From IMG/VR virus record IMGVR_UViG_3300009151_000057, positions 11,078-75,077 of that record: a DNA stretch of 64,000 nt, one strand, 5' to 3'. Position numbers and translations under genes: made by a program. The DNA is from a virus. Position 1 is the stretch's first letter; the number at the start of each line of letters is the position of its first letter. Below the pieces are notes generated by a model that saw only the letters and a list, made by a program, of their open reading frames with translations, was not told the origin of the DNA and ran no database searches. This document shows positions 29,801 to 38,053 of the stretch, piece by piece.

Positions 29801-32251
29801 CCAAGTCAAAGAATCATAGTTTGGTGCTGTAAAATTAATTTTATTTATTGTATAACTACTTAAAGATCCTAATGTTGGAAAAGTTATAGTTTGAGATGTA
29901 GCGTCATTTAAATAATAAGTTGGGCGAACAAAAGCACCATCTAAATTTCTATAAGCTACATAACCCAATCCCATATCAACCCATTCTTTTCCAGCCGTAA
30001 CATAATTAAGTCCAGGTATGTATTTCCAATTTCCATCAACTAATGGTTGATTATTTGAAAATAAATTTCCATAACTTTTTATATATATGTCTTTTGTAGA
30101 TCCAAGACTTAAATAATCTGTAGCTGTATAATAATCTGTATATGGATTGCCGCAATGATCGTATGCTGTATAAGACTCTTGATGAGTTTTATATTCTATT
30201 TGAAAACCACCATTATAATCATTTAGTAATTGACCAAAATTTATTTCTTGAATGCAAGTGCAACTATAACCAGCATAATTATTGTAACTAGATGCTGGCA
30301 TGAAAATCAACTGTCCTTGTTGAGTTGTACAATTATAAAGAACCCAAAATTTCATTTCAAAATTTATTCTTGATTGTCCATATGTTGGAGAATTTATCGA
30401 ATTTAACTGTTGAGAAAAAACAAAGGGATAATTTTTTCTTCCTAAATCAACAAATGTTTGCGATCCAATTCCAAATATATCATATTTATAAGAATAATAA
30501 TCTCCAATATATGTTGATTCGCAATTTTCATATCCCGTTTCAACTTTAACACTTACAATTGTAGGTAATTTTGTTCCAGCAGTAACTTGTTGCTGAACCA
30601 TAGAAAAATCGCACGCAGCAGTAGTGCTGATTTGTCCATCGTCAGATCTTGTAACTTTTTGATAACTTGCAGAACTAGCAAGCGCAGCATTAGATCCTCC
30701 ATAAATATAATTTCCAGGTAATTGTGCGTAAGTTCCAATACCACCAATAACATCAGCAGCAGTTAATGATTTAGTTCCATTAATAACACTATTTAATGAA
30801 ACCATATCAATATGATTAGTATCAAATAATTGATCAATTCCAAGTGTAATATAAACTTGCTCCACATTTTCATTTGCTATATAATGAGTAATTGGAATAG
30901 CTTCTTGAGATGTTCTGGTACTAGATGTTTTATCAAATTGAGTATAATTAACTCTAGCATTTGAAATAATAAATGGATTTCCCTTACAATCATATTCTAA
31001 AGGCCAAGTTTTTATATATCTAATATCATCACTAGTTTCATCCTCAAGTGATAAATTTACTGGAGGACAAATTCCAGGTGTGAAACATAAAGCGAGTAAT
31101 CTTTGAACTCCTCCAGCAGCAATTGCAGAATTCGGAGTAAAATTATTTTTAACTAAATAAGCACCAAATAAAGATTGTTTATATTCGGTATCAATAGACA
31201 CAGAATCAAAATAATTTAAAGGTGCTTGCACCTCAGATCCACTTCTAAATTCAGATTCAACTAAATTAAAATTATATAAAGACTGTTTATTTTGATGAAA
31301 AATTATTTTTGTGAAATACTTATCAAGTATAGTGTTTATATTTTTTATTCCTTCATTTCCATAAATAGACCATATATATATTTTTAAATTTGAGGCAGAA
31401 AAATTTCCATAAGATATTATTGATTTTGAAAATGTTTTCTTTCCAGCTGAATTAGTACTATCATTTGCCAAGAATGTTCTTGGAAGTTCAAAATAATTAA
31501 ATGAAGTTAAATTATCAGAACCTATTGAAAAATAAATATTTTCAGATAAATTACTTATCCTTGCTTGAATTGGGTTTTTTCCACCATTCTCAGAAGTATC
31601 AAAAGTTCCCTCTGGAAAAATGACATTCATTGAAGGAATATCTATAATTGTTAAAAATGGTTTTTCATCATATACAGGTGATTTATCAAAAGCTTTTTGA
31701 ATTAAATCTCTACTAGCTACATTTCCACCTCTTGAATTTATAAATGCAGATATAGAAGCATTAGGATGATAAGAACTTATTGTAATTCCTGGACCTAAAT
31801 AAGAATTTCCATTTATATCAATATATGCATTTATTGGAGTGACTCTAGGAAAATTAGTATCTTGCAAAAAAGATTGTCCAGAAAAGTAATCAAAATGATT
31901 AATTAAATAATTTTTAAGATTTTGTATAGAAAAATTAAATATTTGGCTCGTTGAAGTTTCTTTGATTGGTGTATCGTTAAAGTAAATACCTTCAAATATA
32001 TTTTCATCGTAAACTTTTCTACCAAATTTATTAACCAAACCATCAATTGGACCATCAGAAAGTAAATCAATCATTTCCGCATAAGAGAAAGAAGCTAGAG
32101 TATTTAATTGTCCCATTTGAGGGGGCGCAAGTACACCAGGATATTGAGTAATAACAGGTGGGGGTGGGGGTGGGGGCGCACTACCACCACCACCACCGCC
32201 TCCACCAGCACCGCAAATCATTAATCTTTTTTTATTTAAAATATTTTTCAT
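26825..32251 (-). CDS. Tail tip / host-specificity protein J (central tail fibre)
   Basis: DLLSDGPIDGL, YPFSAIVG, WDGTFKLAWTNNPAWILMDLL...RYGLG, EPRF, TSRGQARRIG, C-terminal FN3-like segment. Confidence 0.92.
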   Translation of the reverse strand: MKNILNKKRLMICGAGGGGGGGGSAPPPPPPPVITQYPGVLAPPQMGQLNTLASFSYAEMIDLLSDGPIDGLVNKFGRKVYDENIFEGIYFNDTPIKETSTSQIFNFSIQNLKNYLINHFDYFSGQSFLQDTNFPRVTPINAYIDINGNSYLGPGITISSYHPNASISAFINSRGGNVASRDLIQKAFDKSPVYDEKPFLTIIDIPSMNVIFPEGTFDTSENGGKNPIQARISNLSENIYFSIGSDNLTSFNYFELPRTFLANDSTNSAGKKTFSKSIISYGNFSASNLKIYIWSIYGNEGIKNINTILDKYFTKIIFHQNKQSLYNFNLVESEFRSGSEVQAPLNYFDSVSIDTEYKQSLFGAYLVKNNFTPNSAIAAGGVQRLLALCFTPGICPPVNLSLEDETSDDIRYIKTWPLEYDCKGNPFIISNARVNYTQFDKTSSTRTSQEAIPITHYIANENVEQVYITLGIDQLFDTNHIDMVSLNSVINGTKSLTAADVIGGIGTYAQLPGNYIYGGSNAALASSASYQKVTRSDDGQISTTAACDFSMVQQQVTAGTKLPTIVSVKVETGYENCESTYIGDYYSYKYDIFGIGSQTFVDLGRKNYPFVFSQQLNSINSPTYGQSRINFEMKFWVLYNCTTQQGQLIFMPASSYNNYAGYSCTCIQEINFGQLLNDYNGGFQIEYKTHQESYTAYDHCGNPYTDYYTATDYLSLGSTKDIYIKSYGNLFSNNQPLVDGNWKYIPGLNYVTAGKEWVDMGLGYVAYRNLDGAFVRPTYYLNDATSQTITFPTLGSLSSYTINKINFTAPNYDSLTWNCFKYLFKIYGCIPSDIDFVGGVMCQNVNLDGNKVVTTSAQRWVDGYYDNNDNYHDGYYETDYTSTNVSLANVLKIEYFQVCATNLWDGTWQATSSDSIKLPAAKLDAYGKSIRRYVKVTKLSHETLSSLIQKSINLNKVTEIIPQRFSYPFSAIVGTKIDSRAFSQVPNRTFDAKLKKVLIPSNYFAFNEDGDDLRYTTSNGAACIYQGDWDGTFKLAWTNNPAWILMDLLVNKRYGLGNYIESNQIDIWELYKISRWCDKVDDNGFYYGVPDTYGGIEPRFTFNVLIKDRFNLFDMLNQVASTFRGSVYYMNSLITFDCDRIKPPIGEFTNNDVKEGIFNYTNHKKDDEFTAVDVSYMDSKDNFKPKIEYVEDSDGIRKKGILKKSLTTLGTTSRGQARRIGKHFLYQVGKELTNVTFTTDLKALLYKPGDLLYIKDEMYNANKNFGYIKDIKNIDDNSFKVVIDTILDSGIYNTNEISLYTPVAKPKYEDMKSYTTSTPNTFSIDKNFLNVFARRGSLTTCAFFGTATPFTSTYNSYLNGVLNTSVNGWCGLLSDINYTTETLSSISDIINYYKINACFTYLPAHPVYKTPDSSTKCCYIDCVSVFLCYVKGKDIYNNASDGFWQMNSSVAVVKFDTTNKNIENTSANLPYIWEYFNTAVLCLMNYNGGYTTNDYTSAIFFNPKSNYTFFNNTNLIPSFNILTYNKNTIPYNSLIESDRPSIESFYITGYSTGSYSGIYTGIYTEKGGYNQYTELYVTKSGKNTTLSDNGYFGSNNSSLNYTNNFSKIKTSYDPLCIPIGSTYSLNILNKKNKIFKINSISENYINEYNIVAAEYDSNKFKEIEEGAYIDNLENTFNFLNAYNASSQAIKANYLTTPIIIDLSLIQFNGSSYLSLQWNAVLNAKTYTVYVKTPSKQTQNFIATINADSIDRNTNKYIYNYQLPAIYEQGSYTLGVQASAPFVDVAPSVVGSLYSFSPETTRSITLITY

Positions 32252-32913
32252 TAATTTAAAAAATCTTGTATTAAACTCGCGCTACTGGAATAAAATTGAG
32301 ATCCAGCACTTTCATTTGATGAATAATTTTTTACATTAGCTTCCAATAAATAAGACGCTATTTTAACTCTACCATACCCAACTGGAAGTGCGGTTCCTTG
32401 TGAAGCTATATTTTGCATATTATTAAATACATAGCTTTTTCCTTGAGCTTCCAAAATTGAAGTAACACCTCCAACTGCAATTGCAGAAACAGTTTGAGGA
32501 GGTTCTGTTTGCTTTTGCAAAGAATTCATTATAAATGATATACCTACAGAAATAGCTGCGGAAATAGCTGCGTTAATCAAAAATGCACTAACGGTTTCAC
32601 CTATTGCGAAATCAGCTACTGCAGTTCCAGTAGCCCAACTAACAATCGCTCCACCACTTCCACATATAGATGGAACAATATCTATTGTTTGTATTTTTCT
32701 TTTTTCAATAAAATCATTTTCATTTTGAGCAAATTCTCCATTTATAACAATAAAATAATTTAATCCACTTTCATTTAATTTTTTTATTTCCTGTATAAAA
32801 CCCTCTTTATTTGCATCTATAGCTTTTATAGCAGAAGCAGCATTATTTATTTTAAAAATAAAAGATTTTCCAAATTTTTTTGCTAAAATTCCATGTATTG
32901 ATATTTTAGTCAT
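32251..32913 (-). CDS. Tail assembly protein I-like (ubiquitin-like domain), copy 2
   Basis: IHGILAKKFG, IDIVPSICGSGG, hydrophobic segment, SYVF...QGTALPVGYGR. Confidence 0.85.
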   Translation of the reverse strand: MTKISIHGILAKKFGKSFIFKINNAASAIKAIDANKEGFIQEIKKLNESGLNYFIVINGEFAQNENDFIEKRKIQTIDIVPSICGSGGAIVSWATGTAVADFAIGETVSAFLINAAISAAISVGISFIMNSLQKQTEPPQTVSAIAVGGVTSILEAQGKSYVFNNMQNIASQGTALPVGYGRVKIASYLLEANVKNYSSNESAGSQFYSSSASLIQDFLN

Positions 32914-33613
32914 ACATTTTTATTCCCACGCTACTTCCAAAAGCTTCATTAGAAAAAAATTGATCTAAAGAATAATTTTTCATTGCAACACTAATTATAT
33001 TAGATGCTACTTTCATTCTTCCATATCCAATTGGAACTGCATTTCCTTGTGAAGCATTATTTTGAAGATTATCAAAAACAAAAGATCTGGCATTAGAATC
33101 AAGCGTACTTGTTGATCCACCATTAGCCATCATTGCGGCTTTGCCAGTAGCTTCACTACTTCCAGGTGCTTTTGGCATCGTTAATGCAGTAATTAGCAAA
33201 TTTACTCCTACTGTAAATGCCACACCTACGGCAACTACACTAATTCCAGCTATAGTACTCATTCCTCCAGTGAAAGCTGCCGTTCCAGTTAAAGTGCCTA
33301 AAAAACTTGATCCAAGATAAGGCGCTAAATACCAAGCAACTATACAAGCAATAATAATTAAAATAACCGCTACAATAATCATTAAAGTTTTTCCAGATCC
33401 AGTAATCGAGGGAACTAAATGAATTTCAGTACCGTTTTTTTCTAAATGAGCTGTATAATCTTGATTATTTGCATTTAATTTCAAAAGAAATTGCCTAAAT
33501 CCAGATTTAATCGCATCTATGGCAACTACAAAATCATTCAATCTTCCAAGATGAACTTTGATTTTTTTTCCAAACTTTTTTGCAAGAAGACCATGAAAAA
33601 CTATAGTTGTCAT
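32906..33613 (-). CDS. Tail assembly protein I-like (ubiquitin-like domain), copy 1
   Basis: FHGLLAKKFG, IHLVPSITGSGK, TM-like segments, SFVF...QGNAVPIGYGR. Confidence 0.85.
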   Translation of the reverse strand: MTTIVFHGLLAKKFGKKIKVHLGRLNDFVVAIDAIKSGFRQFLLKLNANNQDYTAHLEKNGTEIHLVPSITGSGKTLMIIVAVILIIIACIVAWYLAPYLGSSFLGTLTGTAAFTGGMSTIAGISVVAVGVAFTVGVNLLITALTMPKAPGSSEATGKAAMMANGGSTSTLDSNARSFVFDNLQNNASQGNAVPIGYGRMKVASNIISVAMKNYSLDQFFSNEAFGSSVGIKMYD

Positions 33614-34014
33614 ATTAATTCCTTTAACCTTTGTATTATATTTACATCATAATCCTTGTTTTCGGGTTCATAAATAAAAAATTTTTCAGTGGTTAAAGAA
33701 TAAATCAAAAATGGATAACAACAATTTTCCGATGTTTTGTAGTCAAAATCGGATGGCTTTTCATCTCCCATAAGATGTGTATGAAAAACTCCGAAGCAAT
33801 TTCTTTTCATTATGAAACTTAAATAATCATAAGGATCAATAATAAAATAATTCTCTGGACTTTTAGATCTATTTTGCATGTGTCTATAACAATATTTTCC
33901 ATTTTCATCTGTGCCAATTAAGGCGCATATTTCAGAAAATAAACTTGATTCAGCTTCATTTTTTAAAAATAAGATCAAATCTTCTAATTTATCAAATAAA
34001 AATTCTTTAATCAT
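33610..34014 (-). CDS. Tail assembly protein K-like JAB/MPN metalloprotease (no NlpC/P60 domain)
   Basis: EICALI...NRS...FIIDP...FHTH...PSDFD; ATG 34014 overlaps the end of gene L. Confidence 0.85.
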   Translation of the reverse strand: MIKEFLFDKLEDLILFLKNEAESSLFSEICALIGTDENGKYCYRHMQNRSKSPENYFIIDPYDYLSFIMKRNCFGVFHTHLMGDEKPSDFDYKTSENCCYPFLIYSLTTEKFFIYEPENKDYDVNIIQRLKELI

Positions 34015-35032
34015 ATCTAAATTTATCAGTACCTGGAAATCCACCAAATGGTAAAATTTTAGCACTTGATACGCTATCGTTATAAGATACTGCGCCTCTA
34101 GAATTAGTAAAAGTATCAAGCAAAAATCTTTTTTTACAAGCTGACATTGTTTTAGAACAACCATCTTTATCCCATCTTGTAAAATCTTTATTCGGGGTCA
34201 ATGAAGCTGCAGATGTATGATTTAGTTTACAAATAAACCAAGTAACAGGTGGATCTTTTATGCCGTTTAAATCAGAATTTATTAAACAAACCAAATCACC
34301 AGAAACATAATCTTTATTAGGAGTCCATAAAAAATTAGTAATAGTTGCATCTAAATTTCCATAAATTAAATTTCCAGCGGATGTTTTAATATGTTGATTT
34401 GGATTAAAAAGAAAATCAGAATCGTCTTCTTTACAAATTACATCTCCTTGATAATTACAACCCATGCCTCTGTACTGCCAATAACAATATCTTCCATAAA
34501 TACCTCTTCCAGCTGTTTCCAAACTTTGCATATCAAACGGAGTGATTAATTCAAATTGAACAACTTGTTTGTTCTCCATTATTTTTTGAGATATCAAGTA
34601 TTTTTCTTTGGAAATATACATGTATGCATTAGGAGTTCCAAATGGATTTACATTCGAATCAAAATTAATATCATCTAAATGTCTCAAGAAGACTTTTACC
34701 CTAATAAATTTTCCATTTCTAAAATCAGAATAATCTCTTAATATATTTGATATAATATAATCTTTGTTTGAGGCTGTAATTTTTGGTCTTGGCAATCTTC
34801 CATTTATATTAGCCTCAAAACCTTCTACTTCAATCGCGGAAGCGTAATAACTTTTACCATTCCAAACAATATCTTTTGTTAAATTATTTGTTCCAGAGTG
34901 AAATCTAAATGGTTCTTGATCTGCATCAAAATAAAATTCATAAAGTTCTAAAATAGCTGTTGGCTCTAAATCCAAAAAGGATATTCCCAGATCTTTTCTA
35001 TTTTTAATTGATTGGTCTGAAAATGTTGACAT
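34007..35032 (-). CDS. Minor tail protein L-like
   Basis: LELYE, RFHSG, LPRPKI, FELITPFD, CYWQYRGMGCNY, CSKTMSACKKRF, LPFGGFPG. Confidence 0.9.
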   Translation of the reverse strand: MSTFSDQSIKNRKDLGISFLDLEPTAILELYEFYFDADQEPFRFHSGTNNLTKDIVWNGKSYYASAIEVEGFEANINGRLPRPKITASNKDYIISNILRDYSDFRNGKFIRVKVFLRHLDDINFDSNVNPFGTPNAYMYISKEKYLISQKIMENKQVVQFELITPFDMQSLETAGRGIYGRYCYWQYRGMGCNYQGDVICKEDDSDFLFNPNQHIKTSAGNLIYGNLDATITNFLWTPNKDYVSGDLVCLINSDLNGIKDPPVTWFICKLNHTSAASLTPNKDFTRWDKDGCSKTMSACKKRFLLDTFTNSRGAVSYNDSVSSAKILPFGGFPGTDKFRYD

Positions 35033-35051
35033 ACCAATTGTAATTTAAAGA

Positions 35052-35079
35052 TTGACTTTTTACAATTAAGATTTACACT
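35052..35079 (+). promoter_or_regulatory. Sigma70-like promoter in a divergent intergenic region
   Basis: TTGACT-N16-TACACT, then 7 nt to ATG 35087; a TTGTAA-N17-TACAAT overlaps it on the minus strand, facing gene L. Confidence 0.55.
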
Positions 35080-35086
35080 TATATAT

Positions 35087-35602
35087 ATGAGGTACAGAAG
35101 TGCATTCGATAAAACTGGCGAAAGCAGCGAAATGGGAGGTAAAGCAGAAGATCTATTTGAAATTTTAGCTAAAAATAGAAAATTAAAAATAGAAAAAGCT
35201 ACTTTAAAACAGCAATTATCAAATATAGATTTTATTATTACGAATAAAGATGAAAAAACTTTTATAGATGTAAAAGCTTGCAAAAAAACTTCCAGATCTT
35301 CAAGTGAATCAAACGATGAATTTGTATGGATAGAATTTAAAAATATAAATGGAAATAGCGGATGGCTTTATGGAGCTTCTGATTTTATAGCCTTTGAAAG
35401 AAATGATGATTTTATAATTGTTCCCAAAAAACCCTTAATACTTTTATGCGAAAGAATTGTAAATACATCTGCAAAAGTAGATAAAGTATCAGATGCATTA
35501 TATTCAATATATTCTCGAAAAGGTAGAAAAGATGAAATATCATTAATTAAAATGGAAGATATTATAAAAAATATAAAAACAACAATATGGAAAAAACAGT
35601 AA
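35087..35602 (+). CDS. PD-(D/E)XK nuclease-like protein
   Basis: GGKAE...IDF...IDVKA...WIEFKN. Confidence 0.6.
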   Translation: MRYRSAFDKTGESSEMGGKAEDLFEILAKNRKLKIEKATLKQQLSNIDFIITNKDEKTFIDVKACKKTSRSSSESNDEFVWIEFKNINGNSGWLYGASDFIAFERNDDFIIVPKKPLILLCERIVNTSAKVDKVSDALYSIYSRKGRKDEISLIKMEDIIKNIKTTIWKKQ

Positions 35603-35832
35603 AAATAGTTGGAACTAATAACTTATTTAAAGATTTGCAAGATTCAGAATTTATTTTGGAAAAAATTTTAACTAACAAATCTCAAGTTCATATGATTTCT
35701 TTAAAAAATTTTCCAGATCAAATTTTCTTTGATCCAAATTGTAAAATTTCATTTATTGAAGAAGGGATTTGGATTGAAGGGTTTGCACAGGTCAAAGATT
35801 CAGTGGGTAATTTATCTATAGTTATTAAATAA
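35587..35832 (+). CDS. Hypothetical protein
   Basis: 81-aa ORF within the operon. Confidence 0.6.
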   Translation: MEKTVKIVGTNNLFKDLQDSEFILEKILTNKSQVHMISLKNFPDQIFFDPNCKISFIEEGIWIEGFAQVKDSVGNLSIVIK

Positions 35833-35833
35833 T

Positions 35834-36787
35834 ATGATGCAAATGTTATCGTACAAAGATGTAGTTTTACTACCATCTTATTCGAAAATAAAATCTAGAG
35901 ATGATGTTAATACTTTTATTGATTTTCTTGGTTATAATTTCAAATCGCCAGTAATTCCAGCTAACATGTTTTGTTGCATAGATTTCAAGATAGCAGAGAC
36001 TTTGGCAAAATCTGGATATTTTTATATCTTACATAGATTTTATGATTATTATAATCAAATAATTCCTTGGTTAGCTAGAAGTCAGGGATTATTTCCATTA
36101 AGTATAAGTATAGGAGTTAAACAAAATGATATTGATTTTGTTCAACATTTATCAGAATCAGCATTTAAAATTGATTTTATTACTATTGATGTTGCTCACG
36201 GACATCATGTTCTAGTAAAAAATATCTGCGAACATTTTAAATCTTTAAACTGGAAATATAAACCAAAATTAATTGTTGGAAATTTTGGATCTTCAAAAGG
36301 AGTGGAAGACGCAATTCAATGGGGTGCAGATGCTGTCAAAGTCGGTTTGAGTATGGGCGCAGCATGTACGACTTATAATTCAACGGGTGTTGGAACTCCA
36401 ATGTATTCAGTTGTGCAAGAAATTTCGCTTAATTGTAATATTCCAATTATTGCAGATGGACAAATTAGAGAAATTGGAGATGTAGCAAAGGCAATTAACG
36501 CTGGCGCACAAATGGTAATGATTGGTAGTATGTTCGCATCATGTAATGACAGTCCAGCTGAATTTAATTTTTACAAAACTCATAAGCTTTTTTATGGTTC
36601 TGCATCCTCAAAAAATAAAGGATACGATAAATATGTAGAAGGCAAAGAGTCCAAAATAGAATGTAATAATTTAAATATTTTAGAATTGCACGAAAAAATT
36701 GAACAAGGCTTAAGATCAACTATGTCTTATGCTGGTGTAGATGATATATATAGCCTTACAAAAATGGAGGCTAGACAAAGATTATGA
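35834..36787 (+). CDS. guaC: GMP reductase (IMPDH/GMPR family)
   Basis: PVIPANM, GYFYILHRF, ITIDVAHGH, KVGLSMGAACTT, IIADG, FYGSAS, VEGK; short form without CBS domains. Confidence 0.85.
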   Translation: MMQMLSYKDVVLLPSYSKIKSRDDVNTFIDFLGYNFKSPVIPANMFCCIDFKIAETLAKSGYFYILHRFYDYYNQIIPWLARSQGLFPLSISIGVKQNDIDFVQHLSESAFKIDFITIDVAHGHHVLVKNICEHFKSLNWKYKPKLIVGNFGSSKGVEDAIQWGADAVKVGLSMGAACTTYNSTGVGTPMYSVVQEISLNCNIPIIADGQIREIGDVAKAINAGAQMVMIGSMFASCNDSPAEFNFYKTHKLFYGSASSKNKGYDKYVEGKESKIECNNLNILELHEKIEQGLRSTMSYAGVDDIYSLTKMEARQRL

Positions 36788-37455
36788 TAACCAACGAAAT
36801 TAAAACTAAAATTCAAAAAATTTTAAACGCAACAGAGACTGGAAAACCAGATGGTGATTATGCAAATATCTCGCTATATGATGATGGACCCAATCGCATT
36901 AAACAAATTACATACGGAAAATCCCAGACAACAGAATGGGGTAATTTATCAAAATTAATTGATTTATATATTTTAAAAAAAGGAAAACATGCAGAACAAT
37001 TTAGACCGTATCAAGATAAAATTGGTAGAATTACTTTGGTTCATGAGCAATTTCTGCTTACTATTTTAAAATTAGCAGGATCAGATCCTATAATGATAGA
37101 AGCACAGGATGAATTTTTTGATAAACATTATTGGGAACCAGCAAAACAATGGTTTGATGAAAAGAAATTTACTTTACCTTTTTCAATGCTCGTTATTTAT
37201 GATTCTTTTATACAATCTGGCTCAATGTTAAAATTTTTAAGAAATAAATTTCCAGAAACTACTCCTGTAAATGGTGGAGATGAAAAAATTTGGATTCAAC
37301 AATATGTAAAAGTTCGTCATGATTGGCTATCAAATCATAGCCAACAAATTCTTGTTAATTCTTCTTACAGAACTAGAAATTTACTTCAAGGTTTAAAAGA
37401 AGAAAATTGGATGTTGGATAAAACTTTTATCGCAAATGATTGCAAAATCTCTTGA
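36784..37455 (+). CDS. GH46 chitosanase/lysozyme-fold endolysin
   Basis: ETG...DYANISLYDDG...ITYG...AQDEFFDKHYWEPA...IYDSFIQSG. Confidence 0.75.
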   Translation: MITNEIKTKIQKILNATETGKPDGDYANISLYDDGPNRIKQITYGKSQTTEWGNLSKLIDLYILKKGKHAEQFRPYQDKIGRITLVHEQFLLTILKLAGSDPIMIEAQDEFFDKHYWEPAKQWFDEKKFTLPFSMLVIYDSFIQSGSMLKFLRNKFPETTPVNGGDEKIWIQQYVKVRHDWLSNHSQQILVNSSYRTRNLLQGLKEENWMLDKTFIANDCKIS

Positions 37456-37486
37456 CTTTTAAAAAACTTGCCTTAGTATGGATTAT

Positions 37487-37756
37487 ATGCAAATAGAAAT
37501 GGAAATTCCTACAATCTCAGAAGCAATTGAACATGCAAATTCCGCACAAGTAGATTGTCTTTGGGCTATTTTAAAATACAAAGAAATTGGTATTCTGAGG
37601 AAGATCAAATGTATGTCAGAAGTTTTACAATTCGATATCGATTTAGCTTGCAAAGAACTGCCAGTTAATGAGAATGGTTATATTGTAGATTATAAAACTC
37701 GTCATATGATTCATGATATTCTTTTGGAAAAGTCTAAGCAATTGGCAAAACGATAA
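37487..37756 (+). CDS. Hypothetical protein
   Basis: Preceded by TTGACT(37452)-N16-TAGTAT; start 37478 or 37487. Confidence 0.65.
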   Translation: MQIEMEIPTISEAIEHANSAQVDCLWAILKYKEIGILRKIKCMSEVLQFDIDLACKELPVNENGYIVDYKTRHMIHDILLEKSKQLAKR

Positions 37757-37959
37757 TGGAAAATTCAAAATTGAATCCGCTTGTAAGCTATGAAGTTGTA
37801 GATGGTCACAATGAATGTGTGGCAGCATACAGCTTAGAACTTAAGCAAAATTCTAACGGTAGATTTGATCCATTAAAAATGGCTCAAGATACTTTAAAAT
37901 TTAGACAAGATTATAAATTATTCGAAGTCTATGCAAACGGATTTAGAAAAGAAATTTAA
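37756..37959 (+). CDS. Hypothetical protein
   Basis: 67-aa ORF ending just before tRNA-Met. Confidence 0.6.
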   Translation: MENSKLNPLVSYEVVDGHNECVAAYSLELKQNSNGRFDPLKMAQDTLKFRQDYKLFEVYANGFRKEI

Positions 37960-37960
37960 T

Positions 37961-38036
37961 CGCGGGGTCGTCAAGAGGTTAAGACACTAGTCTCATAAGC
38001 TAGTATGCGTGGGTTCGAATCCCACCCCTGCAACCA
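37961..38036 (+). tRNA. tRNA-Met(CAT) with an initiator-like acceptor stem
   Basis: Cloverleaf: CGCGGGG/CCCTGCA with C1xA72; anticodon arm CTAGT-CTCATAA-GCTAG; T-arm GTGGG-TTCGAAT-CCCAC; encoded CCA. Confidence 0.93.
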
Positions 38037-38053
38037 ATTTATTTAGCTAAATA

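Noticed and set aside
32158-32210. G-rich/C-rich tract as a G-quadruplex or regulatory repeat
   Set aside because: It is fully explained by the poly-Gly/poly-Pro codons at the J N-terminus.
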